Shown here in pieces: positions 37,471 through 46,840 of a stretch of DNA of 64,000 nucleotides. Source of the DNA: a virus. Lineage: Duplodnaviria > Caudoviricetes. The translations under genes were made by a program, and so were the position numbers. The stretch is from positions 2,219 to 66,218 of IMG/VR virus record IMGVR_UViG_3300043673_000084; one strand, written 5' to 3'. A model generated the notes under the pieces. That model made no database searches and was not told the DNA's origin. It saw only the letters and a list, made by a program, of their open reading frames with translations. The stretch's first letter is position 1; each line of letters opens with the position of its first letter.

Positions 37471-38373
37471 ATGGGTACGATTACCAAGCCGACAGTGCGA
37501 GACGCCTGGGCGGACAATGCTATCCCGACGACGGACATCATTGATCCAGGTAATCCGTTTGTATCTGCAGGGTGGCCGTTGAGTTCGACGCCACCGGCTC
37601 GTCAGATCTTCAATTGGGTTCTGAACTACTGCATGAATGGCATACGCTATTTATGCCAGCGCGGCATCCCTGACTGGGATTCGACAGAGACTTACGCGAT
37701 CGGCGGCATCGCGATCGGCAGCGACGGCCAGGTGTATCAGTCGCTGGTCAACGGCAACACCAATCTCGCGCCGCCGACTTCCCCCGCTGCGTGGGGCCCT
37801 CTTAAGAACTACCTCACCGCTGGAGCGGCATCTGCGACATTCGAGACGATTAGCGATGCCGCGGCCAAACTGGCGCAAGCAGAGACCTTCGCTCAAAACG
37901 CCGCAAATGCTGCGCAGGGCGCCGCGCAGAACTTTGCGACGAACGCCGATGCTACGGTTTTGAGCGCTGCAGAGAGCTTCGCCTCGAATGCCGGAAACCT
38001 GACTTCGGGGACTTTGCCTGCGGCCAGGCTTCCATCTTCATTCTCAGTCAGCGGCACAATCGCTGCCAGCGCATTCGGCACCCCCTCTGACGAAAACCTG
38101 AAGGAAGGCATCGAGTCGATAGACGGCCCGCTGGATCGATTAGAGAAGATGCGCGGCGTGACTTTTACGTGGCGCAAAAACGGAGTGCGTGCGGCAGGCA
38201 CCATTGCGCAGGGCGTACAGAGCGCCATACCAGAAGGCGTCCATACCGACGATGATGGACATCTGATCGTTGATCCGATGGCCGTCGTGGGCGTTCTGAT
38301 TGAGGCGTTGAAAGAGGAGCGCCGCGATAGGGTCTCGCTCGAGGCTCGCTTGGCGGCGGTCGAGGCGCGCTGA
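37471..38373 (+). CDS. Short tail fibre with C-terminal intramolecular chaperone (peptidase S74-like)
   Basis: PPARQ.FNW...YLCQRGIPDWD..ETY baseplate anchor; PSDENLKE.I...RGVTFTW...G.IAQ.V. Confidence 0.8.
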   Translation: MGTITKPTVRDAWADNAIPTTDIIDPGNPFVSAGWPLSSTPPARQIFNWVLNYCMNGIRYLCQRGIPDWDSTETYAIGGIAIGSDGQVYQSLVNGNTNLAPPTSPAAWGPLKNYLTAGAASATFETISDAAAKLAQAETFAQNAANAAQGAAQNFATNADATVLSAAESFASNAGNLTSGTLPAARLPSSFSVSGTIAASAFGTPSDENLKEGIESIDGPLDRLEKMRGVTFTWRKNGVRAAGTIAQGVQSAIPEGVHTDDDGHLIVDPMAVVGVLIEALKEERRDRVSLEARLAAVEAR

Positions 38374-39203
38374 TGCCTTCGGGTTATGTGGTCGGAGTAA
38401 CCGATCTAGACAGTATCTTTGCGCCACTTCATCCGGGCTGGCCGCAAGCATCTGCAGTCGGGTATGCGGTTGCTGGCTCCGACTTAAATTCGCGCTACGC
38501 GCCGCTATCGACTGGCGGAGCTGCTGCAGCGACCGGGTACAAAGATGGACCCACCGACCTTAACGCGATCTTCGCCGCTCTCGGATCGACCAACGTTCAG
38601 GTTGGGGTTCAGCCCAGCAATGTGTCGGGAATAGCAGCGGCGGGGCGCCCATCGGGTACCGTCACGAGCGCCGCAGCCTCATGCGCTGGCGCGAAAGGCA
38701 GCGGAACCTATACGTATGCTTGGCACACCACGGGCTGCACAGCGAACAGCCCCATCAGCCAGAGCACGACATTTTCCGCAACGGTAGGAGCTGCGAGCAC
38801 CGACAACGCATCGGCGTTTTGCACGATTTCTGACGGCGTGACGTTGATCAATACGATTACGATATCGGTGACGCTGCAGAACACGTCTCCTGCTGCACTC
38901 TCGGTTACAGCATCTCCGGCCAATGTCTCAGCTCACACTTTAAATCCGGCTCAACTCACTACGCCCGTCACCACTGCCACGGTTACGTCCAGCGGTGTAG
39001 CGCCATTTACATTTAGGTGGAGCTTCGCGAGCGGCGGCGCGGGAATCACGATCACCAATCCGAATGGTGCAAGCACGGCATTTACCGCGTTTGTCAGTTC
39101 TGGCGATGACTTTGAAGGGGACGCCGTTTGCACCGTGACTGATTCCGTTGGAACGGTGGGCGTTTCTAATGGGGTCTTTGTCATTCTCAACAGCACGGCT
39201 TAG
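38373..39203 (+). CDS. Fibre-tip adhesin candidate
   Basis: Three N-terminal GY....DL[DN]..[FY]A repeats, then two Ig-like units (Y.W...STTF; F.WS...STAF). Confidence 0.6.
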   Translation: MPSGYVVGVTDLDSIFAPLHPGWPQASAVGYAVAGSDLNSRYAPLSTGGAAAATGYKDGPTDLNAIFAALGSTNVQVGVQPSNVSGIAAAGRPSGTVTSAAASCAGAKGSGTYTYAWHTTGCTANSPISQSTTFSATVGAASTDNASAFCTISDGVTLINTITISVTLQNTSPAALSVTASPANVSAHTLNPAQLTTPVTTATVTSSGVAPFTFRWSFASGGAGITITNPNGASTAFTAFVSSGDDFEGDAVCTVTDSVGTVGVSNGVFVILNSTA

Positions 39204-39255
39204 ACAGTTGTCGTGGTTCGATCATGAGCGAGCACAAATATGACCGAATTCTTTT

Positions 39256-39702
39256 ATGGATCGAATGATGGCAGTTGATCCACAGCAGTTTCAACAGTCG
39301 TGGCTTCCATGGTGGATTCCCTGGGCGTTTAGCACTATTTCATTGGTGATCACCGGACTTCTTGGAATGGTTGTCTCCTTTGCACGCGACGCTCACAGCA
39401 TCTATCGCCTCAAGGTGGACGCATTGGAAAAGAGCCACACCGAACTGAAAACGCAATCGATCACCAGAGATGAATTGGCGAAGCGACTCGAAGAAATGGA
39501 TAAGCGCAGCGCGGATCGTCTCAATACCGCATTCAGCGATATGGATGTGCGACGTCTTCAAATGCACAACCACAACGCAGATTTGCTCACAGGAATAGGT
39601 AATCGAATCGGTGAAGTGCGCGCGGATCTCGCGGCTATCAAAACGGAATTCAAGGACGACATAAACAGGGTTCACGAAAGGATCGATGAGATAAAAAAAT
39701 GA
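39256..39702 (+). CDS. Single-TM coiled-coil protein (holin/antiholin-like)
   Basis: Hydrophobic segment WIPWAFSTISLVITGLLGMVV; precedes endolysin. Confidence 0.5.
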   Translation: MDRMMAVDPQQFQQSWLPWWIPWAFSTISLVITGLLGMVVSFARDAHSIYRLKVDALEKSHTELKTQSITRDELAKRLEEMDKRSADRLNTAFSDMDVRRLQMHNHNADLLTGIGNRIGEVRADLAAIKTEFKDDINRVHERIDEIKK

Positions 39703-40145
39703 CCAGAATCGATATCGCATCAGCGCGCCTCTCTGGAAAAGAGGAAGGCAAGCGCGCGTACCCATACAACGACGCCACAGGCAAGCGCGTGACGTGCAAG
39801 CCAAATGGAAACATCACAATTGGCGTCGGCACCAATCTTGAAGTGGGTCTGGACGATGATGAGATTGCGTGGCTGCTGAATCATCGTCTGACGAAGGCCG
39901 ACACGGCGCTTCGCTATTACCCATGGTACGCGCCGCTCGATGAAATTCGAGGAAGCGTGTTCCTTGACGTCGCATTCAACAGCGGCGTTGATGGCCTTCT
40001 GCACTTTGTCCACACCATTCACTTTGCGACAGTCGGCGCATGGCCCCAGTGCGCCGCGGCGCTTATGGATTCTGCGGCCGCGCGACAGGATCCGCACCGA
40101 TACGAGATCTTGAAGAACATCCTGACCACGGGGCTTGCAGCATGA
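39699..40145 (+). CDS. Endolysin, T4-lysozyme-like (GH24)
   Basis: EEG.RAYPY.D...G.ITIGVG.NL, D.AFN.GV.GLL.F, W..AA..LMDS. Confidence 0.85.
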   Translation: MTRIDIASARLSGKEEGKRAYPYNDATGKRVTCKPNGNITIGVGTNLEVGLDDDEIAWLLNHRLTKADTALRYYPWYAPLDEIRGSVFLDVAFNSGVDGLLHFVHTIHFATVGAWPQCAAALMDSAAARQDPHRYEILKNILTTGLAA

Positions 40146-40483
40146 GCGATCCGAATCCGATTCCAGGCCTCATGACGGTTGCCTGGTACAAGTCGGCAAT
40201 TATTCAACGCCTGGCGCTATCTATCGTTCTGCAGGCTTTGTCCGTTCTTCATCTATCCAAGTACGCAGTAGCGGCGGAGATCGCGCCACTGGTCAATGAC
40301 TTGCTCGAGGTCGCAGGCCTTGGGTTTGCCGCCTGGGCTGCTCATGCCCGCATTACGAAGGCTGTCCCGCCTGTAGCGCTGACAAGCGCTCGCGCGGCGG
40401 CGGCCAATGTTCCCCCTGTTTCAGAACTTGCCACGGATGCGCAAACGGACCCTTTAGAACAAACCCCGGAGAAATTATCGTGA
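40142..40483 (+). CDS. Holin-like membrane protein
   Basis: AWYKSAI.. followed by two hydrophobic segments and ARI. Confidence 0.55.
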   Translation: MSDPNPIPGLMTVAWYKSAIIQRLALSIVLQALSVLHLSKYAVAAEIAPLVNDLLEVAGLGFAAWAAHARITKAVPPVALTSARAAAANVPPVSELATDAQTDPLEQTPEKLS

Positions 40484-40863
40484 GTGCAAACATCCTGAAT
40501 CTGGCAAGTATCCCAGCCGCCCTTGGCCAATTGGTTTTGAAATTCGCCGTCGCGAAGTACATCGAAGCGGCGGGATCGTCCGCCGATATGGTCGCGCGGG
40601 CCCAGTCCATCAAGGCAGTAGCGTCGGCCATCGACGGCGTAGCCTTGGGTAGCACGTCGGTATCCACCCTGGTCTCGCAGACGGCCGCGGAACTCGCAAA
40701 GAGCAATGTTTCCGTGTCCTCGCAGCTTTTGATCAATGGCCTGGTCCAGCTGGTCACATCTGCGCTTCCTGTCTCTGGGGGCGTGGTGAGCGCGGTCGGC
40801 GGCGCAGTGGCGAACGTCTTCTTGCAGGACGTGATCGCGGTAACGTCGACCTTCGGAGCGTAG
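40480..40863 (+). CDS. Hydrophobic Ala/Val/Ser-rich protein (lysis accessory?)
   Basis: GTGA coupling, GGAG RBS. Confidence 0.5.
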   Translation: MSANILNLASIPAALGQLVLKFAVAKYIEAAGSSADMVARAQSIKAVASAIDGVALGSTSVSTLVSQTAAELAKSNVSVSSQLLINGLVQLVTSALPVSGGVVSAVGGAVANVFLQDVIAVTSTFGA

Positions 40864-41079
40864 CGCCATGACGGTGCTGCAACTCATTCAGTTGATCGCG
40901 GCACTGGCCGGCGCGGCGAAGGACATCAGCGGTGTCATGGAAGACATCCACGCCCGGGACCTAAAACCGGGCGATCAGATTCCAGCCGAGCATCTTGCAA
41001 AGGTCACTGCCGCAATGGGGACGGTGGCCAATGCAAGGACCGACGCCGAGTGGGACGCTGACCACCAGAACACCGGCGG

Positions 41080-41448
41080 GTGAGCGGCCGGGGCGTCCTC
41101 AGAATCATTGAGGGCGGCCTGGTAGGGTTTTGGTGTCAGGGATGCAAAGGAATGCACGCGATCCCTGTATCCGGCGAAGACGCCTGGGGATTCAACGGCA
41201 ACTATGACAAGCCGACGTTCACGCCGTCCATCCTGGTGCGCAACGGCCACTACATGCCCGAGTGGGCAGAGCAGATGCGGAAGGATCCGAATCGCGATTG
41301 TTACTGCACGTTCAATAAGAAGCATCCGGAGTTGGCCTCATTCGAATGCTCGGTCTGCCATTCCTTCGTGACTGACGGCCAGATCCAATTCCTCTCAGAT
41401 TGCACGCACGCGCTGGCCGGTCAAACGGTAGCGCTGGAGCCACCATGA
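41080..41448 (+). CDS. DUF6527-like Zn-binding protein
   Basis: FWCQGC...H...W.FNGN..KPTFTPSILV...CHSFVTDGQIQFLSDCTHALAGQTV.L. Confidence 0.75.
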   Translation: MSGRGVLRIIEGGLVGFWCQGCKGMHAIPVSGEDAWGFNGNYDKPTFTPSILVRNGHYMPEWAEQMRKDPNRDCYCTFNKKHPELASFECSVCHSFVTDGQIQFLSDCTHALAGQTVALEPP

Positions 41449-41945
41449 TCAATCTTCAATTCGTCCGCGGCAAAGGCTTTTCATCGAAGCTCATCGCATG
41501 GTGGGGAAACGGATACGACGGATTCAGCCACGTCGATGGGATCTTGAGCACCGGCGAGTGCCTTGGAGCGCGCTCGGACGTCATAAAACCAATCGGCGGC
41601 GGTCCAGAGATCCCAGCCGGCGTTCAGATCCGTCCTCCATTTTATGAGAAATGGGACAAGCGAGTCGTCGTCTCCATCCCATCGACTCCGGCCCAGGCCA
41701 ATGCATGGGATTGGTATCTGCGCAAGCAGATAAACGACGGCTATGACACAAGCGACATCATCGGTCTGATCATCGGAAAGCCAATCATGCAGTCAGGCCA
41801 CTGGATATGCAGCGCGTTGCAGACGGACGCGCTTCAATATGGGCCAGTTGGATTGCTAGGGAAACTCGGGCAACCACCCCAGCAGATCACCCCCAATACG
41901 CTTTTTGAAGTGTCCCTCGCCATCGGCGGCAAGGTTGCGGCGTGA
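41445..41945 (+). CDS. Permuted papain-like (NlpC/P60-related) protein
   Basis: FSHVD...GARS...Q....YD...WICS.L. Confidence 0.6.
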   Translation: MINLQFVRGKGFSSKLIAWWGNGYDGFSHVDGILSTGECLGARSDVIKPIGGGPEIPAGVQIRPPFYEKWDKRVVVSIPSTPAQANAWDWYLRKQINDGYDTSDIIGLIIGKPIMQSGHWICSALQTDALQYGPVGLLGKLGQPPQQITPNTLFEVSLAIGGKVAA

Positions 41946-42301
41946 CGCTCGAAGAATTCTCTCTGGTCCTGGAAGACCGGATTTTGTCGGTACTCAAATC
42001 GGTTCAGGCCACGGAAGAAAGAATCGTCTTGTCACTCAACTCACTTCACCAAAAGGTAGATCATATGTCCAAAACAGTAGCAGACGTTCAGGCCGGTCTC
42101 GACGACTTGGCCTCCGCAACCAGCACCGCGCTGGCAGACATCAAGACAGAAGTCACGGCATTGCAGGCGCAAGTCACGGCGCTCCAGGGCGTGGCGTCGC
42201 CCGATTTCACCCAGGTCCTCGCATCGATTGCGTCGATCAAGGCGAAGGTTGTTGCAGCGGATCCCGGTGCGCCGCCGGCGCCCGCACAGCCCGCCGCCTA
42301 A
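41942..42301 (+). CDS. Coiled-coil hypothetical protein (last late gene)
   Basis: ORF; alternative start at 42065 with AAGG RBS. Confidence 0.5.
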   Translation: MTLEEFSLVLEDRILSVLKSVQATEERIVLSLNSLHQKVDHMSKTVADVQAGLDDLASATSTALADIKTEVTALQAQVTALQGVASPDFTQVLASIASIKAKVVAADPGAPPAPAQPAA

Positions 42302-42487
42302 AGAGTCCGGCTATGGACCTGACACGGAAGTCGGGTCCACCACTTTCCGAAGGTTAGAACGGGCCCGCCGGCAAGGATGCTGGCGAGCCTATGCTAGAAT
42401 TTCCAATGCCGGGCGCGGGGGATGGGTGATAGCTCCCTGCGGTAAGCGTGAGTCATAGGGTAGTGCGGCCCCTCATCCCCGGCGATC

Positions 42488-42700
42488 CTATGCGATCCAC
42501 TTCCCATCCTCTTTGACCTGCACCAGGCGCTCCAGCGCCAGAAGAACATAACGCGGCACACGATGCCCGGCGCAGTATCCCCTCATATCCCTCTCGCTGA
42601 TTTCCAAATCTCGAGCCGCTTCCCTCTGACCAAGACAGGCGCGTTTCAATAAATCCCGCACGATATCCGCATCCGTTTTTTTGTTTTCCACGTCAGTCAT
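42488..42700 (-). CDS. Small XRE-type HTH protein
   Basis: LLKRACLGQREAARDLEISERDMRGYCAG..VPRYV.LALE. Confidence 0.7.
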   Translation of the reverse strand: MTDVENKKTDADIVRDLLKRACLGQREAARDLEISERDMRGYCAGHRVPRYVLLALERLVQVKEDGKWIA

Positions 42701-42851
42701 TATCCGCCATCGGCCCGCACTTACAGCCCTTAGCCGTTCGATAGCCGCACCCACTGCAAAACGTGGTCGTATCGTAATCAGGATGCTCTGGACAGTTATG
42801 TTCGTGAACCTCTCCAAACGATTCGCATATTTCACATTCTCGATTGTTCAT
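42693..42851 (-). CDS. 52-aa Cys/His-rich protein (below the ORF-track cutoff)
   Basis: MNNRECEICESFGEVHEHNCPEHPDYDTTTFCSGCGYRTAKGCKCGPMADND; overlaps the HTH start. Confidence 0.45.
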   Translation of the reverse strand: MNNRECEICESFGEVHEHNCPEHPDYDTTTFCSGCGYRTAKGCKCGPMADND

Positions 42852-42885
42852 CTATGGACTCATGATTCTCCGCGGTGCCATGCGG

Positions 42886-43917
42886 TCATTTCGCCCCCTC
42901 CAATACCTCGATGCGAATCACCAGGCGGCGCTTTCCGATCCATTTTGTCAGCGGCCGCTCGATCAGTCGGTGCACGGCCACTCCGACAGCCGCACTGACC
43001 ACCACTGCGGCCACCATGAACGCTACGGCTGAGAGCGCACCAATGTGCGGGAACAACTTGCTCCAAATCGTTCTCAGCAATCCCAAGGAGAACAGGTGTA
43101 CCAGGTATATAGAGTAGGAGGCATCGCCCAACAGGAGGAACAATGAACTCTTGTAGTCACGGAACGCAGGGTTAAGCACACCGATAATTATCAGGCAGCA
43201 CGCGGGTATCGACATCGCCAGGTCGAACCTGACACTCAAAATTCCCGCCCCAACAGCGACCATCAGCGCGGATGCCAATACGCTTTTGGGTATCCTGTCA
43301 GTCATGAACAAGTACCCTATGATGACTCCTGCGGCGAACTCGATGAGCATTGGATCAGTGTAGGTGATCAATACCGCATCAGTGAATGGCCCTGTAATGA
43401 CACCGACGACCACTAACCAAACCATAGTGACAATCAACGCCGCCAACCGATAGATCTTGGGGAGAAACAGGACCATGGCGAATATGCCGTAGAAGAACAT
43501 TTCATAGTTCAGCGTCCACCCCGGGATGATCAGCGGCCAGATATGGTCCGGGGATGTGATCGAGTATTGAGGGATGAACAACAGGCTCTTTACCAGCGCA
43601 CCTTCAGAGAATTTAAAGGTTCTAAACACGGTGGGAGCTACGACGCTGATGGCGGAAACAGCCAGGGTGACACCCCAGTACAGCGGGACTATCCTTATCG
43701 CCCTCTTTATCATGAACTGCTTCGGGGACACATCTCCCTTAAGCGCAGTAACCGCCATGATGAATCCGCTGATCAAGAAGAACAGTTCCACTCCCATGCC
43801 GCCAAGCGGGTAACTGCCGAGTACCTTACCGTACTGGTCGGGCAACTCCCAAAGGCCGTGGAACACCACGACCATCAGGGCCGCGATCGCGCGCAGATAT
43901 TGAATTGGCTTAATCAT
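42886..43917 (-). CDS. Acyltransferase-3 family membrane O-acyltransferase (ExoZ/OafA-like)
   Basis: IQYLRAIAALMVVVFH, GVELFFLISGFIM, KRAIRIVPLYW, GWTLNYEMFFY, LGDASYSIYLVH, IERP; start moved to ATG 43917. Confidence 0.92.
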   Translation of the reverse strand: MIKPIQYLRAIAALMVVVFHGLWELPDQYGKVLGSYPLGGMGVELFFLISGFIMAVTALKGDVSPKQFMIKRAIRIVPLYWGVTLAVSAISVVAPTVFRTFKFSEGALVKSLLFIPQYSITSPDHIWPLIIPGWTLNYEMFFYGIFAMVLFLPKIYRLAALIVTMVWLVVVGVITGPFTDAVLITYTDPMLIEFAAGVIIGYLFMTDRIPKSVLASALMVAVGAGILSVRFDLAMSIPACCLIIIGVLNPAFRDYKSSLFLLLGDASYSIYLVHLFSLGLLRTIWSKLFPHIGALSAVAFMVAAVVVSAAVGVAVHRLIERPLTKWIGKRRLVIRIEVLEGAK

Positions 43918-43984
43918 GATTTTCGTCCTTGAAGTGAATCCGTACCATCCTTCAGCGCAAGTGAGTCTAGCAAATATCTGCAGG

Positions 43985-44806
43985 TCACTTACGATTCTCC
44001 GGTAGCGTACCCGGGTAGTGGTTGGCAATGATCGCGTTGAGTTTGTCAACCAGGTCAGAGCGCAGAAACGTAATATGTCCATTACCATTCTTGAACCACT
44101 TCACGGACATATAGGCGTCCACGTGCTCGCCAGTGGGCTTCTGTCCATGCGCGGCGCGCATTCGTGATTCGATGCTGGTGCGGTGATCCTCTTCCGGCTT
44201 TCCATCGACGATGCAGAACACACGCTGCAAGTCCTGCAGGTCGTTCATGGCGCTGTAGTTGAAGCCACCCCATTTCTCAGCGAGATATCCCTTGATGATG
44301 CGCTTGCCAAACTTCACCGGGTTGTTGGTCTTGTAATCCCAACTCAGTTTTTTGAAGCAGTTGATTACGCCACGGTCGAACATGTCATTGCGACCGGCGT
44401 AGAGCGCGCCAAAACTGGCCTCGATGTTCTCGTGGGTCAGCGGCGGCGTTTTGCAGTCATTCACCTGGCCAGAGAATTCTGCTTTGGCCTTTGAATCCAT
44501 GAAGGACAACAGGCCAGAATCGTGCATGAGCTTTCCCCACAGCGCGGCGTCCAGGCGTTTGACTACCTCTTTTAGCCCATCCTCGGAAAGCAGCGGGTTC
44601 GTGTAGTGCTGGTGATTTCCTTGGATCACCCAGTCAAACTGCCGGTAGCTCTCGGTCAGTAGTCCGCCCTCGACGGTGATGCGGCGCGCTTCGGCCAGCG
44701 TGTGGACTACTTCGTGAAGCAGCTTGACCAGGCCATCGCGCTTGCGCAGCAGGCCTTCAATGCTGATGGACGATACGACGTCGCCGGCGTGCAGCTCGGC
44801 GCTCAT
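43985..44806 (-). CDS. DUF4942 domain protein
   Basis: ENIEASF..L...R.DMF.RGVIN.FKKLSWDYKTN.P.KFGKRII, KWFKNGNGHITF.R.DLVDKLN.IIA.HYPG.LP. Confidence 0.85.
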   Translation of the reverse strand: MSAELHAGDVVSSISIEGLLRKRDGLVKLLHEVVHTLAEARRITVEGGLLTESYRQFDWVIQGNHQHYTNPLLSEDGLKEVVKRLDAALWGKLMHDSGLLSFMDSKAKAEFSGQVNDCKTPPLTHENIEASFGALYAGRNDMFDRGVINCFKKLSWDYKTNNPVKFGKRIIKGYLAEKWGGFNYSAMNDLQDLQRVFCIVDGKPEEDHRTSIESRMRAAHGQKPTGEHVDAYMSVKWFKNGNGHITFLRSDLVDKLNAIIANHYPGTLPENRK

Positions 44807-45228
44807 CGGGCAGCAGCCTTGACGAGATTCCACACCTTGCGCACCACGCGCATAGTCCCGCTGGGCGGCTTGCGGTCGATGATCACGTAGAACTTGCGGA
44901 TGTACTTCGGCACCATCCAAAGCGCTTCAGATCCACCGGGAAAGTGCACCGAGTCCCCTGGTCTAATCGTCTGCCATTGCGGTGTCTTGTTGCCTAGCGG
45001 CGCGCAAAGCAATGCTTCCCCCTCCAGGATATGGACTACTTCATCGCACGGATACAGCCACTTAAATGAGCCGGCAGTGCAAGACCAGAATCCCGTATGC
45101 GTTTGACGGTTGTCAGTCATCGAATCGCACGCCATCTCTGGGGAACCATGCAAGATTTGCGGTGCGGGCAATTCCATGCGCTCAGGTTCTCGAACGGCGT
45201 TTCGAATAATTTCGAATATCTTCATCAT
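44803..45228 (-). CDS. Cupin (DUF861/cupin_3)
   Basis: GFWSCTAGSFKW.Y..DEVVHILEGEA...PGDSVHFP.G....W.V..YIRKFY. Confidence 0.85.
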   Translation of the reverse strand: MMKIFEIIRNAVREPERMELPAPQILHGSPEMACDSMTDNRQTHTGFWSCTAGSFKWLYPCDEVVHILEGEALLCAPLGNKTPQWQTIRPGDSVHFPGGSEALWMVPKYIRKFYVIIDRKPPSGTMRVVRKVWNLVKAAAR

Positions 45229-46715
45229 CCTTGTCCTCCCTCTTCCTCGACACCCTCCGGGTTGCCACTGTCGGTTTCCTCGCAGTCCTCGCAGTACCAC
45301 CAGGATATGTCGGCCTCGGAATCTGTCTCGACAAATTCTAGTTCAGTCATGCCGCTAGGCAGTCTCGCCTCGCGGTACCAGGTCGGCAGGCTCACCTGGA
45401 CATTGAGAGACTTGCAGCACGGGCAGCGCCAGCGGCTCACGAGCGGCGGAGGATTGAGCGCGGCGCGCAGGTTCGTCAACTGCTCGCAGTTGATTTCTGC
45501 GAAGGTCTGCTTGCCAATGAAGGTCTCAAACCAGGCTAGGAATGCGGCGGCGCTAGTCTTTAGTTCTTGAGTGCTCATGGCTTCACTCCGCCGTACATCC
45601 ATGAGTCGCCGCGCACACCAGCTTTGCGCAATTGCTCCTCGAGGCGCGCGGCCGCGTGCACGATGTTGTAGGCGCGCTCGGTGCAAATCTCCTTGCCAAG
45701 GTGTGGCGGCGTGCTCGCGAGTGCATCGGAGAACGCCAGGTGACGCGCAAGCCATTCCAAGGCATGCGCGTCCTCCATCGATAACGTCACGCCAACGGTA
45801 CGGCCTTTCATGACGGCAGATCTCCGGCGCGCTTCATCTGCCCAACGGTCAAGCCCTTGAACAGCGACTTGTCGTACCATTGAACGGCTTGATTGGGCAT
45901 TGCGAGTTCGGCATCGATCACGCCAACCGAAAAACCTTGGACGGCTTTTACTCGGTACAGAGTTGCATTCGGATCGTGCGAGACAACGACCAATTGATTC
46001 ACGGATATTTTCATGCCGGCACCTTGGCGGGCGGCAGCATCTGGTAGCGGCTGTCCTCGATCATGGCGGTGAATGAATCCATGTGCTTATCGAAGCCGTC
46101 CGGATCGCCCTCGCTGTAGCTCCAATCGCTGATGACGTCCTCGCCATTGCCAAGGATCAGCAGGACGCCGTGCGTCTCTCCGTCATTGGCCTTGAACATG
46201 ATGCGGCTCTCGTCGACGGCAAACGCTGCGTCGATGGCCTCTTCGGCGGTCTTAACCTTGACCAGTTCTTCACCGTCGAAGACGCAGACCAATTTGAAGC
46301 CGGCGCCCTGCATGAAGGGGATCAGAGCGGTGATGATCGCGCGCTCAATTTTGTTGTTCAGGTTCATATCGATAACCTCCTGTCGTTGGAACACCCAACA
46401 CGTAGCGGCCCTCCTGAGCCGCTAAAGGTTGGGAAGTTCTCAAGCGGCTTCGGCGGTTTCCTCCTGTTCGGTCTCGGACGTTTTGGAGCCAGTCAGCGCA
46501 GATAGCGCGACGCGCGCGTCATGAGCGCATTCGAATGCGACGGAGCAGTAGCCAAACGAACCTGGCGCCATGCAATGCGTTACGGCATGCCAGTCTCGAT
46601 CGGTCATCGGTTTGCCATCCTCGCGGCGCCATGCGAGCGCCGCAGGGACGCGACCTACAAAGCCCCAGCTCCCTGTCGGGTACTGGATCAAGGTCGGTGC
46701 TGAGAAGGTGTACAT
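45225..46715 (-). other. Five small hypothetical early-type ORFs (46440-46715, 46011-46367, 45808-46014, 45575-45811, 45225-45578)
   Basis: Same strand, GAGG/GGAGG RBSs, 4-nt start/stop overlaps continuing into cupin and DUF4942. Confidence 0.6.
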
Positions 46716-46772
46716 TCGCTTTACCTCGGCTTTCCTGGTGGGCCTCGTCCCTGGGGACTGGCTGGCCAGTAC

Positions 46773-46818
46773 GTTACTGGCTTGCGAACTATATTATCAA
46801 AATGGTAACTAAATGCAA
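46773..46818 (-). promoter_or_regulatory. Leftward promoter overlapped by two repressor-type operators
   Basis: Minus strand TTGCAT-N16-TAATAT with TG extension; operators GTTACTG-GCT-TGCGAAC (46773-46789) and ATTATCA-AAA-TGGTAAC (46793-46809). Confidence 0.6.
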
Positions 46819-46840
46819 GCTTTTTCGCACCCCTCCTAAG

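Noticed and set aside
43918-44088. N-terminal extension of the acyltransferase as called in the ORF track
   Set aside because: Overlaps DUF4942; the family motif begins at MIKPIQYLR, ATG 43917.
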